This document shows, piece by piece, positions 27,029 through 35,829 of a stretch of DNA of 64,000 bases. Location: the NCBI GenBank assembly GCA_965223855.1, contig CBDCXM010000009.1, forward strand, positions 2,400,001 through 2,464,000, written 5' to 3'. The notes below the pieces were generated by a model. That model worked only from the letters and a program-made list of their open reading frames with translations, searched no databases and had not been told where the DNA came from. Origin of the DNA: Candidatus Multivoradales bacterium. GTDB taxonomy: Bacteria > Acidobacteriota > Thermoanaerobaculia > Multivoradales > JAHEKO01. Position numbers and translations under genes: made by a program. How positions within the stretch are numbered: the first letter of the stretch is position 1; each line of letters begins with the position of its first letter.

Positions 27029-28492
27029 TTACTGCGACTCGATGCGTTCCAGACGCGCGACCGCTAGCTTGGCCTCGGGGTTGCCCTGCGCGGCCGCGAG
27101 GCGGTACCAGGCGAGTGCGACCCCGAGATTGGCTTCGACGGCGAGGCCGTTTTCATACATCCGGCCGAGGCGGTACTGGGCCTTGGCGTAGCCGGTCCTG
27201 GCCGCCTTCTCGAACAGCTCGCGTGCCGCGGGATAGTCGGACTTCGCGGCGTCGTCGCGCTCGAGGCGCAGGGCGCGGGCGTAGCGGGTTCGTGCCTTGG
27301 TCCGGTCGGGCAGACCGACCTCGGACCAGTTCCGGACCTCCGAGAGTGCGCGCTGGGCCTCGGTCATGACTCGCGCCTCCGGAGGGGAAGCTTCACGAGG
27401 CTCGTCCTCGTCCGCGGCGGCGACCTCCTCCCCGGCAGCTTCCGGTTCGGCAGTCGGAGGCGACGCTGATCGCGAGTAGCGGCGGCCGCAGTCGTCGATC
27501 GCCCCGCCGGCGAGCTTTCGTTCGACGTACTCGCTCAGGGTGCAGTGGGCGACCGAGTCGAGCTCGTTGCGCCGCCCCCAGACCCACTCGCTGGCGGGAG
27601 TGGAGCCGGCCTCCGCCGGTGGGCCGGAAGCGGTCAGAGTCCCGGAGCGGGTGGTCCCGACGGTACGACCCCACTCGTCGTAGTGCAGGTCGGCACCGTC
27701 GGTCGCATTCTCCGGAGGCTCCGCGATCGCCAGCCACTCGTTGATCAGGAGGTTTCTTTCCGCCGGGCTCGTGGTGCCGCCCGCCGCGGCCAGCGGGAGC
27801 GGTGGCGCGTCGGTCGCCTCGTAGACGAAGGTGAAGCGGGGCAGGTTGATGACGAAGATGAGGCTGTCCGGAGGGTGCAGGACGACGGTCTTGCGATCGC
27901 CGCCGTCGCTCTCGACGACGTAGCGCAGGCTGGTCGAACCGTCCGTGGCGGGCTGCGGTGTCCAGGTCGTGTGAACCGCGGCTTCGACCCTCTGGGTCGA
28001 GTCTCCCGCTCCGCACGCCTGCGATGCAGAGGACGAGGCGGCGATCTTGCCCACCTGGTCGGCGGAGCCCTCGAAGACCATCAGATCGACGAAGGCCTGA
28101 ACTTCTACGGTGGCGCCTGCTTCGGCATCTTCGCCCGCTGCGGCGCAGTCCTGGGCGAGCTGCACCGATCCGCTCATCATGAACGGCTCGCCGGGGACGA
28201 TTCGAGCGGGCATCTGGAACTGCCAGCTTTCGCTCGTGCCGCCTTCGCCGCCGCTCGTGAACGTCGCCCCGTCGAGCGGCTGCCAGCCGTCGCCGAAGGC
28301 GCCGGTCAGGACGAGGGCCGGCCGGTCCGGGAGAGTCGTGGCGGCCTGTGCGACCGCGGCCTGCATCCGAACCAGGGCCTCGAAGAGGACCCATGCAGTC
28401 AGGGCCGGGCCCTTCAGCGGGAGACGCCTCCACGCCGCCGTTCGCCGTGCGGCCGCCGTCGGTCTCCGGGAGTCAGTCTCGATGGTGACCAC
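27029..28492 (-). CDS. Exported hypothetical protein with C-terminal Sel1-like repeats
   Basis: C-terminal ARELFEKAARTGYAKAQYRLGRMYENGLAVEANLGVALAWYRLAAAQG; start position uncertain. Confidence 0.75.
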   Translation of the reverse strand: MVTIETDSRRPTAAARRTAAWRRLPLKGPALTAWVLFEALVRMQAAVAQAATTLPDRPALVLTGAFGDGWQPLDGATFTSGGEGGTSESWQFQMPARIVPGEPFMMSGSVQLAQDCAAAGEDAEAGATVEVQAFVDLMVFEGSADQVGKIAASSSASQACGAGDSTQRVEAAVHTTWTPQPATDGSTSLRYVVESDGGDRKTVVLHPPDSLIFVINLPRFTFVYEATDAPPLPLAAAGGTTSPAERNLLINEWLAIAEPPENATDGADLHYDEWGRTVGTTRSGTLTASGPPAEAGSTPASEWVWGRRNELDSVAHCTLSEYVERKLAGGAIDDCGRRYSRSASPPTAEPEAAGEEVAAADEDEPREASPPEARVMTEAQRALSEVRNWSEVGLPDRTKARTRYARALRLERDDAAKSDYPAARELFEKAARTGYAKAQYRLGRMYENGLAVEANLGVALAWYRLAAAQGNPEAKLAVARLERIESQ

Positions 28493-28714
28493 GGCAGGCG
28501 TCGCCCGTTCTGGTTCTGAGTGCAGCCACGGGTCGGCAGTATATCCAGCGGTTTCGATGCACCCCGGTGTTCACGGATGGTCACCGCTCGCCAGGCACCC
28601 ATCCGCAGGGGAGGCGGCCCGAGGTCGTGCAACCGGCGAGCATCGTGGCCCGTCGGATCCCGGCAGCTGTCCCGCTCCGGTTCTCCGGGCTGCAGGTGTC
28701 CCTTCGGAGCCCGG

Positions 28715-28751
28715 AAGAAAGAACGGGGTGAGCGCCGAGCGCTCACCCCGT
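28715..28751 (-). terminator. Intrinsic terminator after the metallopeptidase gene
   Basis: 13-bp perfect stem ACGGGGTGAGCGC/GCGCTCACCCCGT followed by TCTTTCTT on the minus strand. Confidence 0.75.
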
Positions 28752-28775
28752 CATCACAGGCTTCCTGCCGGAGAC

Positions 28776-29984
28776 TTATGGCAGGCAGACGCGGTCCTGT
28801 GGTTTGCCGTTGCTGCAGTTGCCCGAGCAGCAGTCGCCGTCGGACAGACAGGAATCGCCGACCACGGTGCAGGAACCGCCGGTGCACGAAGTGGTCTCGA
28901 TCTCGCAGCTGGTCGAGCAGACGAGGAAGCCTCCGGAGAAGCCGAAGTCGCCGCAATCGAGTCCGCCGAAGTCCGATCCGTCGCACTCTTCGACGCCCTC
29001 GCGGACGCCATCGCCGCAGACGGCACCGTTGCCGCCGCTGTTCCAGCCGAGGTCGAGCATCAGCTCCAGGGCGAGGCCCGGATCCTGAATCGGCTGATCG
29101 GCGACGAACGGCTCCATCAGCTCGTCGGGCGTGAGGGTCGTGTCCCAGTGGGAGACCGAAGAGCCCTGTTCGAGCGGATTGGGAGCGTACATGAGCACAT
29201 GCCCGGACGGGTGCACGCCGGCACTGAGGCCGCCTGAAGCGGCCACCACGTTCGCGCCGACCCAGTGGAGGTCGCCGGTGTCGGTGGCGGACTGACGCCG
29301 CCGGTTGTTGTTCATCTGCGGCCAGGTCTGGCCGCGGCTGTGGTCCTCGAGGTTCGTCATGTAGACGTCGTTGCGGTTGAGGAACTTCCCTCCGGTCGAG
29401 TTGTCGACGAAGGTCGAGAAGCCGATGCCGTGACCGATCTCGTGAGCGACCACGTCGACGAGGTCGATGTCGTTGCCGGCGTTGCCGTCGAGACCGAGGT
29501 ACCAGGTCAGGCCGGTGAGGCAGTTGGGATCGTCGTCGTCGATGTCGCTGTTGAAGGTCGCGCCCATGTCGGCGTTGCTCGGGTCCAGATCGACTCCGGC
29601 GAGGCTGTTGGCGAGAGCCTGGTGGTACCAGGTGTTGCTCAACGGCGCGTTGGCGAAATCGCGATGGACCGTGTTGGTTCCCGCGGCTCCGACGACGCCC
29701 GAGGTCGGGCTGCACGAGAGGGGATCGAAGTTGGCGTCGATCAGGATCGTGACGTCGCTGTCGAGAACCGTGCCCCAGATGTCGGCGGCGAACTGGAAGG
29801 CGATCAGGCGTTGCTCTCCGAGTGTCGTGCCCGTGTTGTTTCCGACCGGAGAAACCGGAGTCGGATCGTTGAAGCCTTCTCCGGGACCGTCCTGATTCAC
29901 GACGACGATGTTCGCGCCGAAGGCGGGAGCTGAGGCGACGGCGAGGGCCGTCACGAGACAGAAGAGGCCGGCAGTCCTACTCAT
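28776..29984 (-). CDS. Secreted zinc metallopeptidase with Cys-rich C-terminal modules
   Basis: Signal peptide; HEIGHGIGF; SHW...ELMEP Met-turn; CGDGVREGVEECDG (Myxococcus-type Cys-rich repeat) and CLSDGDCCSGNC. Confidence 0.85.
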   Translation of the reverse strand: MSRTAGLFCLVTALAVASAPAFGANIVVVNQDGPGEGFNDPTPVSPVGNNTGTTLGEQRLIAFQFAADIWGTVLDSDVTILIDANFDPLSCSPTSGVVGAAGTNTVHRDFANAPLSNTWYHQALANSLAGVDLDPSNADMGATFNSDIDDDDPNCLTGLTWYLGLDGNAGNDIDLVDVVAHEIGHGIGFSTFVDNSTGGKFLNRNDVYMTNLEDHSRGQTWPQMNNNRRRQSATDTGDLHWVGANVVAASGGLSAGVHPSGHVLMYAPNPLEQGSSVSHWDTTLTPDELMEPFVADQPIQDPGLALELMLDLGWNSGGNGAVCGDGVREGVEECDGSDFGGLDCGDFGFSGGFLVCSTSCEIETTSCTGGSCTVVGDSCLSDGDCCSGNCSNGKPQDRVCLP

Positions 29985-30390
29985 GGTCCGGCTCCTCGTT
30001 ACTGTCGAGGTGGGTGATGCAGTCGATGACCAGGGGCTCACCCTGGGAGGAGTCGGCGAAAACCGCAGACCGCATGCGGCCGCGCAGGTTGACCATCACA
30101 CCACTCGCCGGGCTTGCCGTCTCGAAGAGCCCCTCGGACGAGCGACTCAGCAGGTTGCGGGTCCGGGCGTCGAGGGCGATGGTGGAACCACCCGCCACAC
30201 GGCGGCCGGTTCGCGGGTCGAGGGTGATCTGTCTTGCGCTGGAGAACTCGGGCAGCGAGGTCGTGACCTCGCCGGTCTCGGCGGCGGCGGTCGGCTCGGC
30301 CTCGGTCTCCGCCGTCGCGGCGAGGGCCAGGACGGGCAGGACCGACAGGACGAGAGCCGTCGCCAAGGTACGAAGGTACGTTGGGTGCAT
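29977..30390 (-). CDS. Small secreted protein (resembles the 'post-PEP-CTERM-1' type domain)
   Basis: GGAGGAG SD, signal peptide, LDPRTG...SRSSEGL...GVMVNLRGRM...C; 8-nt overlap with the peptidase gene. Confidence 0.7.
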   Translation of the reverse strand: MHPTYLRTLATALVLSVLPVLALAATAETEAEPTAAAETGEVTTSLPEFSSARQITLDPRTGRRVAGGSTIALDARTRNLLSRSSEGLFETASPASGVMVNLRGRMRSAVFADSSQGEPLVIDCITHLDSNEEPDHE

Positions 30391-30667
30391 CTACTCCTCC
30401 ATGGAAAGTAGCGAACGAGGGGGCAGCTCGCCAAATGAAATAGTGGGGTGACTATATATCACGATCCCCGGCGAGTCTGTGACCTGAACCACCGATTCAG
30501 GCCTCGGCGTCCGTCGTGGATCGCGAGCTGAAGAGAGGCAGCCGGCGCGAGACCGGAGGTACGGGGGCATCTTCCGCGCCCTTCGGGAGGTACGAGCTCG
30601 TCCTACCCTCCGGGGCGGCCTCAGGCGATAGCCTGAGACAGTAGGCTCGGCGGCGGAGGCCACGAGA

Positions 30668-31195
30668 ATGCAGCTGACCGAGTTTCTGGACACGCTCGAC
30701 GCGCACGGTCGTGCGATGGAGATCGATGCTCTCGTCGCCAGGATGAGAGGGCTCGCACTGCGACGCCAGGACGTCGCCTCGGTAGTCGCCTTCGACGACT
30801 CGTGCTACCGGAGGAACGTCCTTCGCGTCGGCCGGGGCTACGCCGCCCTCGTGCTGTGCTGGCGCTCGGGGCAGGAGAGCCCGATCCACGATCATCGCGG
30901 CTCTGCGTGCGGTGTCTACGTCATCGAGGGCGCCATCACGGAGACCCGGTTCGAACTCGATGCCGACGGGGTTCCCCGCGAGACGACCTCAGGCACGCTC
31001 GGTCAGGGGGAGGTGTGCGGGTCGTTCGACAGTGACATCCACGTCATCCGCAACGCCCAGGCGAGCGGCCGCGATCTGATCACGCTCCACGTCTACACGC
31101 CGCCGATGAGCGGCTACCACATCTACGAGCGCGGCTCCTCGAAGGTCACGCTGCGCCGGGATCTCGAGACGCTGGCGGCACAGGCCGCACTCTAG
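30668..31195 (+). CDS. Cysteine dioxygenase family protein
   Basis: YRRN, LCWRSGQESPIHDH, IHVI, TLHVYTPP (3-His cupin). Confidence 0.9.
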   Translation: MQLTEFLDTLDAHGRAMEIDALVARMRGLALRRQDVASVVAFDDSCYRRNVLRVGRGYAALVLCWRSGQESPIHDHRGSACGVYVIEGAITETRFELDADGVPRETTSGTLGQGEVCGSFDSDIHVIRNAQASGRDLITLHVYTPPMSGYHIYERGSSKVTLRRDLETLAAQAAL

Positions 31196-31295
31196 GGCTT
31201 CCTTCTCCCGCTGCTGGCGCAGGCGACCGCTTCCGGTCTCGCCCGGGGAAAGGGCGACACCGGAAGCGGCGATACCTGGAGCGCGACGTCGAACG

Positions 31296-33746
31296 TCAGG
31301 GGATCGTGTTGCTCCAGACGCTGGTGTCGCCCGACTCGAAGCCGTCGGCGAAGATCTCGGTGTCACCGAGTGCCGCGACCTCCCAGAAACCGCGCCCGTG
31401 AGTCGCGATCTTGAGAGTGTTGCCGGAGGAGCGCGCCATCCCGAAGACGGCGACCACCGGCAGGCCCGTGCCGTAGGGGGTCCAACTGGCGCCGGCGTCG
31501 GTCGAGACGTAGACGCCGATGTCGGTGCCGGCGTAGATCGTGTCCGTGTCGTCGGGTTCGATCAGCACTACGTTGACCGGCACCTGGGGCAACCCCCCCG
31601 AAGCATCGGTCCAGATCGGCGGGCCGCCGTCGAGGTTCTCGGTCTTCCAGACGCTGGAGACGCCGAACGCCGACAGCGAGAGGAAGGCGGTGTTCGAGTC
31701 GGTCGGGTCGATCGCCACCCGCGCCACCGGCACGTCGGGGATGGTGTTCGACGGGTCGAGGTTGGTGAGTGTCGACGATCCGGTCGTCGTGCCCCAGACG
31801 CCACCGTTGGTCTGTCCGACCACTCTCACGTCATCGTCCTGTGGAGCGATCCCGATCGCGGTGATGGCGACTCCGCTGGTGATCGGGTTCTGGCTGACGA
31901 CGGTGTGGTTGACGCCCAGATTGTCGGAGCGGTAGAGCCGGTCCGAGGCGTAGTAGATCGTGTTCGGGTTGCCGGGGCCGCGCTCGAGCGGCGCGTAGAA
32001 GCGGATCGTGCCGTTGCAGGTGATGCCGTTCGTCGTGCCACCGCCCTGGCAGCCACGGAACGCCCAGCCGCCGTCGGTCGCCTGAGCGACGTTGCCGACC
32101 GTGCCGTATCCCTGGAGGGTCGTGGCGTTGAAGTAGGTGTGGTACATCCGCACGTTGGTGGTGTCCGGAGCGTTCTGATCGACCACGGTGTAGCCGCCGT
32201 CGCCGAAGTCCGCGCGGAACCAGCTCTCGTCGGGGCGATAGAAGTTGGTGCCGTTGTCCTGCGTCCCGCCGATCGCGAAGTGAGGATCGGTCGGGTGAGT
32301 GTCGATGTCCATGAACTGGGTGGCGGTGAACTGGCTGTTATTGAGGCTCGTCCAGTTGTTGCCGCCGTCGTCCGAACGGTAGATGCCGCCGTCGGTGCCG
32401 AGGTAGAGCCGGCTGAGATCGGACGGCGCGACGGCGATGGCGTGGGTGTCGACGTGGACGCCGGCGTTGCTCTCGGTGAACGACGTGCCGCCGTTGGTCG
32501 AGAAGGCGAAGACGACCGCGGGGGCGCCGCCGAGATAGACGTTGTCGGCATTCGTCGGATCGACCGCGATCGCGATGTCGTAGAAGCACTGGGGCGTGCA
32601 GAAGTTGTTGTCGATCCGCTGTGTCCAGGTGGCGCCGCCGTCGGTCGAGCGCAGCACCCGCCCGCCGCCGTTGCCGGTGGCGGCGTAGAAGGTGGCGTCG
32701 GGACCGGCGGTGTGCTGCACCGCGAACTCGGCTGTGCGGTCGCTCGTCCCGCCGCTGAAGACCTCGACCTGGGTGAAGGTCGGGCTGGGGGAGAGCGCGT
32801 TCGTCGAATGGTAGATGCCGGGATCTACCGAGACGGTGTTGGCGACGAGGATGTCGGGATCGAGCGGGTCGAGCGCGATGTCCCGCACGCTGGTGTCGGC
32901 ATCACTCGCCAGCCCGGTCAGCTTGGTGAAGGTCGGGGCGCCGGAGGTGGCGTTGGTGGAGCGGTAGATACCGCGGGAGGGCAGCGGCCCCGAAGTGGCG
33001 ACGATTCCGCCGACTCCCGACGTGGTGGCGACGAAGATCGTGCCCGGGTCGGTCGGGTGGACGAGGATCTTGCTGATCCCGCGTCCGGTAAAGACGTCGC
33101 TGGCACCGCCGTCCTGGTTGAAGGGACCCGAGATGACCGGGGAGTTGGTGTTGGCGGAGTCGATGCGGTAGACGCCGACGCCGAAGAAGCTGTCCGCCGA
33201 GAAATTGTGCTCACCCGTGCCGACGTAGACGGTGCTGGGGTCGGACGGTGCGATGGCAATGGCACCGATGGCGAGCGACGCTTCGCTGTCGAAGAGGCGC
33301 GTCCAGTTGGTACCGCCGTCGGTCGACTTGTAGAGGCCGCCCTGAGCGGTGCCGACGTACACGAGATCTTCGTCGCTCGGATCGACGGCGATCGAGATCG
33401 TCCGCCCGGAGGCGGTCGTCGTCGGCGGTTGGGAGACCTGTGCATTGGGGATCGGGTCCGGGCCGAGTTCGGTCCAGGTCGCTCCGAATGCGAGCGGCCG
33501 CGGCAGATCGAGCGCCGCTTTGAGCTGCAGCACGGCGTTCGGCCGGGCGAAGCGGTCGAAGGCGCGGAACTCGTGGATGCCGCGTCGCATCGCGATGTCC
33601 TCCGCCCGCTCGGTCAGAAACGCCTCCTTGTCGAGGCCGGTGACGGAGGAGTGCGGGACTTTCGACGATTGGGCTGAAGAGGTTCCGGCGAGCACCGAGA
33701 ACCCCAGAACGGAGACGAGAGCGAGAAGGGCGAGACAACGTTTCAT
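31296..33746 (-). CDS. Secreted BNR/Asp-box (Vps10/GH74-like) double beta-propeller protein with IFADGFE tail
   Basis: Signal peptide; repeated SxDGGxxW boxes; GGTQDNGT; ATHGRGFW; ends IFADGFESGDTSVWSNTIP. Confidence 0.88.
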   Translation of the reverse strand: MKRCLALLALVSVLGFSVLAGTSSAQSSKVPHSSVTGLDKEAFLTERAEDIAMRRGIHEFRAFDRFARPNAVLQLKAALDLPRPLAFGATWTELGPDPIPNAQVSQPPTTTASGRTISIAVDPSDEDLVYVGTAQGGLYKSTDGGTNWTRLFDSEASLAIGAIAIAPSDPSTVYVGTGEHNFSADSFFGVGVYRIDSANTNSPVISGPFNQDGGASDVFTGRGISKILVHPTDPGTIFVATTSGVGGIVATSGPLPSRGIYRSTNATSGAPTFTKLTGLASDADTSVRDIALDPLDPDILVANTVSVDPGIYHSTNALSPSPTFTQVEVFSGGTSDRTAEFAVQHTAGPDATFYAATGNGGGRVLRSTDGGATWTQRIDNNFCTPQCFYDIAIAVDPTNADNVYLGGAPAVVFAFSTNGGTSFTESNAGVHVDTHAIAVAPSDLSRLYLGTDGGIYRSDDGGNNWTSLNNSQFTATQFMDIDTHPTDPHFAIGGTQDNGTNFYRPDESWFRADFGDGGYTVVDQNAPDTTNVRMYHTYFNATTLQGYGTVGNVAQATDGGWAFRGCQGGGTTNGITCNGTIRFYAPLERGPGNPNTIYYASDRLYRSDNLGVNHTVVSQNPITSGVAITAIGIAPQDDDVRVVGQTNGGVWGTTTGSSTLTNLDPSNTIPDVPVARVAIDPTDSNTAFLSLSAFGVSSVWKTENLDGGPPIWTDASGGLPQVPVNVVLIEPDDTDTIYAGTDIGVYVSTDAGASWTPYGTGLPVVAVFGMARSSGNTLKIATHGRGFWEVAALGDTEIFADGFESGDTSVWSNTIP
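31311..31355 (-). repeat. C-terminal tag copy 1: IFADGFESGDTSVWS
   Basis: Direct translation; shared with four unrelated genes. Confidence 0.9.
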
Positions 33747-33900
33747 GACGGCTTCTCCTGTGGTGGAGAGGGTTGCGTGGAGCCCCCGGGCGGGGGCGCT
33801 GACAGCGGGTGGGCTCGGGCTACGCGCTTATGCGAGTGTCCGCCTCCCTCGTAGCCATGTCAAGGGAGCGGTCGCAGCGGGCTCCGAGCTCCAAGCCCGG

Positions 33901-35724
33901 TCATCGTTCGTCAGCCCGCCGCGTCCGCGTGTTGGAGTCGGTCCTCCCGTCCTCGTAGAGGCCGGTCACGCCCGTGACGGCTCCCGACTCGTCGGTCTCG
34001 AAACGCAGCCGGAAGAAGTCGGCGCTCCGCAGGACGAAGGTGTCGGGTGCGAGGGCGAAGAGCTCGGCGTAGTCCTCCGGTCGTGTGGCATCGCGGCCGT
34101 AGAAGAGGCGGCCGTCTCTGAGTTCCACCCGGCGGACTTCGTACTCGCCGGCGAACCTCTCGAGTCGCGCCGGGTCGACCTCGACGGGCCGATGGAGTGC
34201 ACGCAGCCACGCATGGAACCAATCGAGCTCACCCTCGCGCTCGCCCGATCCGAGCGCCGCCTCCAGGCTGCGGAGGGCCGCTTCGCCGCCGAAATGATCG
34301 AGAGAGAACCGCACTTCCTCCCGGATCGCTTCGATCGATTCGGGGAAGAGCTCCCGTCGCCACGCGAAGACCTCCAGCGCCTCCTGTGGCGACCGCTCCC
34401 GAGCGACGATGGTCGCGGCCCAGCGGAAGGACTCCTCGTCCTCCAGGCCTTCGAGAGCCCCCGAATCTCCCACCTCGCGCCAGTACTTGCGGCCGGCCTC
34501 GACCCCTGCGGCGGCGAGGGTATTGAGCCACTGCTGCCAGGGAGCATCCCAGGCGCGGTAGCCGAGGTAGTCGAACGGCGACGACCGATCTCCGGTCAGA
34601 AGGGCAACGACGTCTGCCGCGATGCCCTCGAGCCGCTGGCTGTTGCCCATCAGGACGACCGCGACGCGAGGCTCGAGGAAGGCGATCGAGTAGTTGGCGC
34701 TGCCGACGTCGTTGCCGGTATGGAAGATGGCGGGACCGAACGGAGTTTCGACGTACCCCCATCCCAGGGTCCAGCCGAGCCCGGTCGCTTCGTGCTCCGA
34801 CGTCGTCTCGACAGCGAGGGGGCCGAACATCCGACGATGGCGCACCTGGACCTGGCGGGACACCAGGCCTCGCCGGGCAGTGTCCGACAGTCCCTCGCCC
34901 GTCAGGACCGCGCGGAGGAACCGTGCGTAGTCGACGGCCGTCGTCTGTAGCGATCCCGCGGCCTGCGGTTCGTCGCGACGTTCCCGTCGGAGCGGTCGCC
35001 CCGCGAGGTCGTGATCTTCGGCGTAGTCGGTTTCGAACCGCTCCTGCCAGACCATGCTCGACCGCTTCATGCCGAGGGGCGCGAAGACCTCCTCCTGGGC
35101 AAGCTCCTCGAAGCCCTTGCCGGTGTGCTCTTCGATCGCCAGCTGCAGGAAGGCGAAGCCCTCACCCGAGTAGCTGTGGCGCTCTCCCGGCTCGTAGAGA
35201 AAGCTCAGCCGGTCTTCAGGCGTGAACCAGCGCCAGTTCGGCCAGCCGGTGGTGTGCGTCAGGACGTGGCGGGCGGTGAGCGCCCGATGCCGCTCGTCGC
35301 CCTCGAGATCGGTGTAGAAATCGTAGGTCGGCAGCGAGGCAGGCAGAAGTTCGGCCAGCGGGCGGTCGAGGTCGAGCCTTCCCTGATCGACGAGCCTCAT
35401 GGCGAGGTACGCGGTGATCGTCTTGCTGAACGAGAGCCCGGCGAACGACGTCGCCTCGGTGAGCGGACGGTGGTCCCTCACGTCGCGGACGCCGTAGTTC
35501 TCCTGGAGGACGAGCTCGCCGTCGTGGAGGACGGCGATCGCCATGCCGGGCAAGCGGACGGCTTCCATCCAACCCGCGATCCGGGTCTCGATCTCCGCGG
35601 CCGAGACCGTCGAGCCGTCGAGCCGGACGAGGTCGGGCTCGTCTTCGGCGTCGACCGGCCGGGCTGGAAGAGAAACGGTGAGAAGGACGATTGCGATTCC
35701 GCGCCACCAGGGTCGGGCTGCCAT
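33901..35724 (-). CDS. Secreted serine hydrolase (beta-lactamase family) with C-terminal helical and beta extension
   Basis: Signal peptide; SxxK in GLSFSK, LTHTTG, SYSGEG, FHTG. Confidence 0.88.
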   Translation of the reverse strand: MAARPWWRGIAIVLLTVSLPARPVDAEDEPDLVRLDGSTVSAAEIETRIAGWMEAVRLPGMAIAVLHDGELVLQENYGVRDVRDHRPLTEATSFAGLSFSKTITAYLAMRLVDQGRLDLDRPLAELLPASLPTYDFYTDLEGDERHRALTARHVLTHTTGWPNWRWFTPEDRLSFLYEPGERHSYSGEGFAFLQLAIEEHTGKGFEELAQEEVFAPLGMKRSSMVWQERFETDYAEDHDLAGRPLRRERRDEPQAAGSLQTTAVDYARFLRAVLTGEGLSDTARRGLVSRQVQVRHRRMFGPLAVETTSEHEATGLGWTLGWGYVETPFGPAIFHTGNDVGSANYSIAFLEPRVAVVLMGNSQRLEGIAADVVALLTGDRSSPFDYLGYRAWDAPWQQWLNTLAAAGVEAGRKYWREVGDSGALEGLEDEESFRWAATIVARERSPQEALEVFAWRRELFPESIEAIREEVRFSLDHFGGEAALRSLEAALGSGEREGELDWFHAWLRALHRPVEVDPARLERFAGEYEVRRVELRDGRLFYGRDATRPEDYAELFALAPDTFVLRSADFFRLRFETDESGAVTGVTGLYEDGRTDSNTRTRRADER

Positions 35725-35829
35725 GGCCCGAGGATATCCAAGCGCCTCCCCGAACGCGGTCTCCTGGAATCCGGGCGACGCGGCCGGCGTTGCGAACCTC
35801 GAGGTCTCTCCATACCCTGGGAGGTGATG

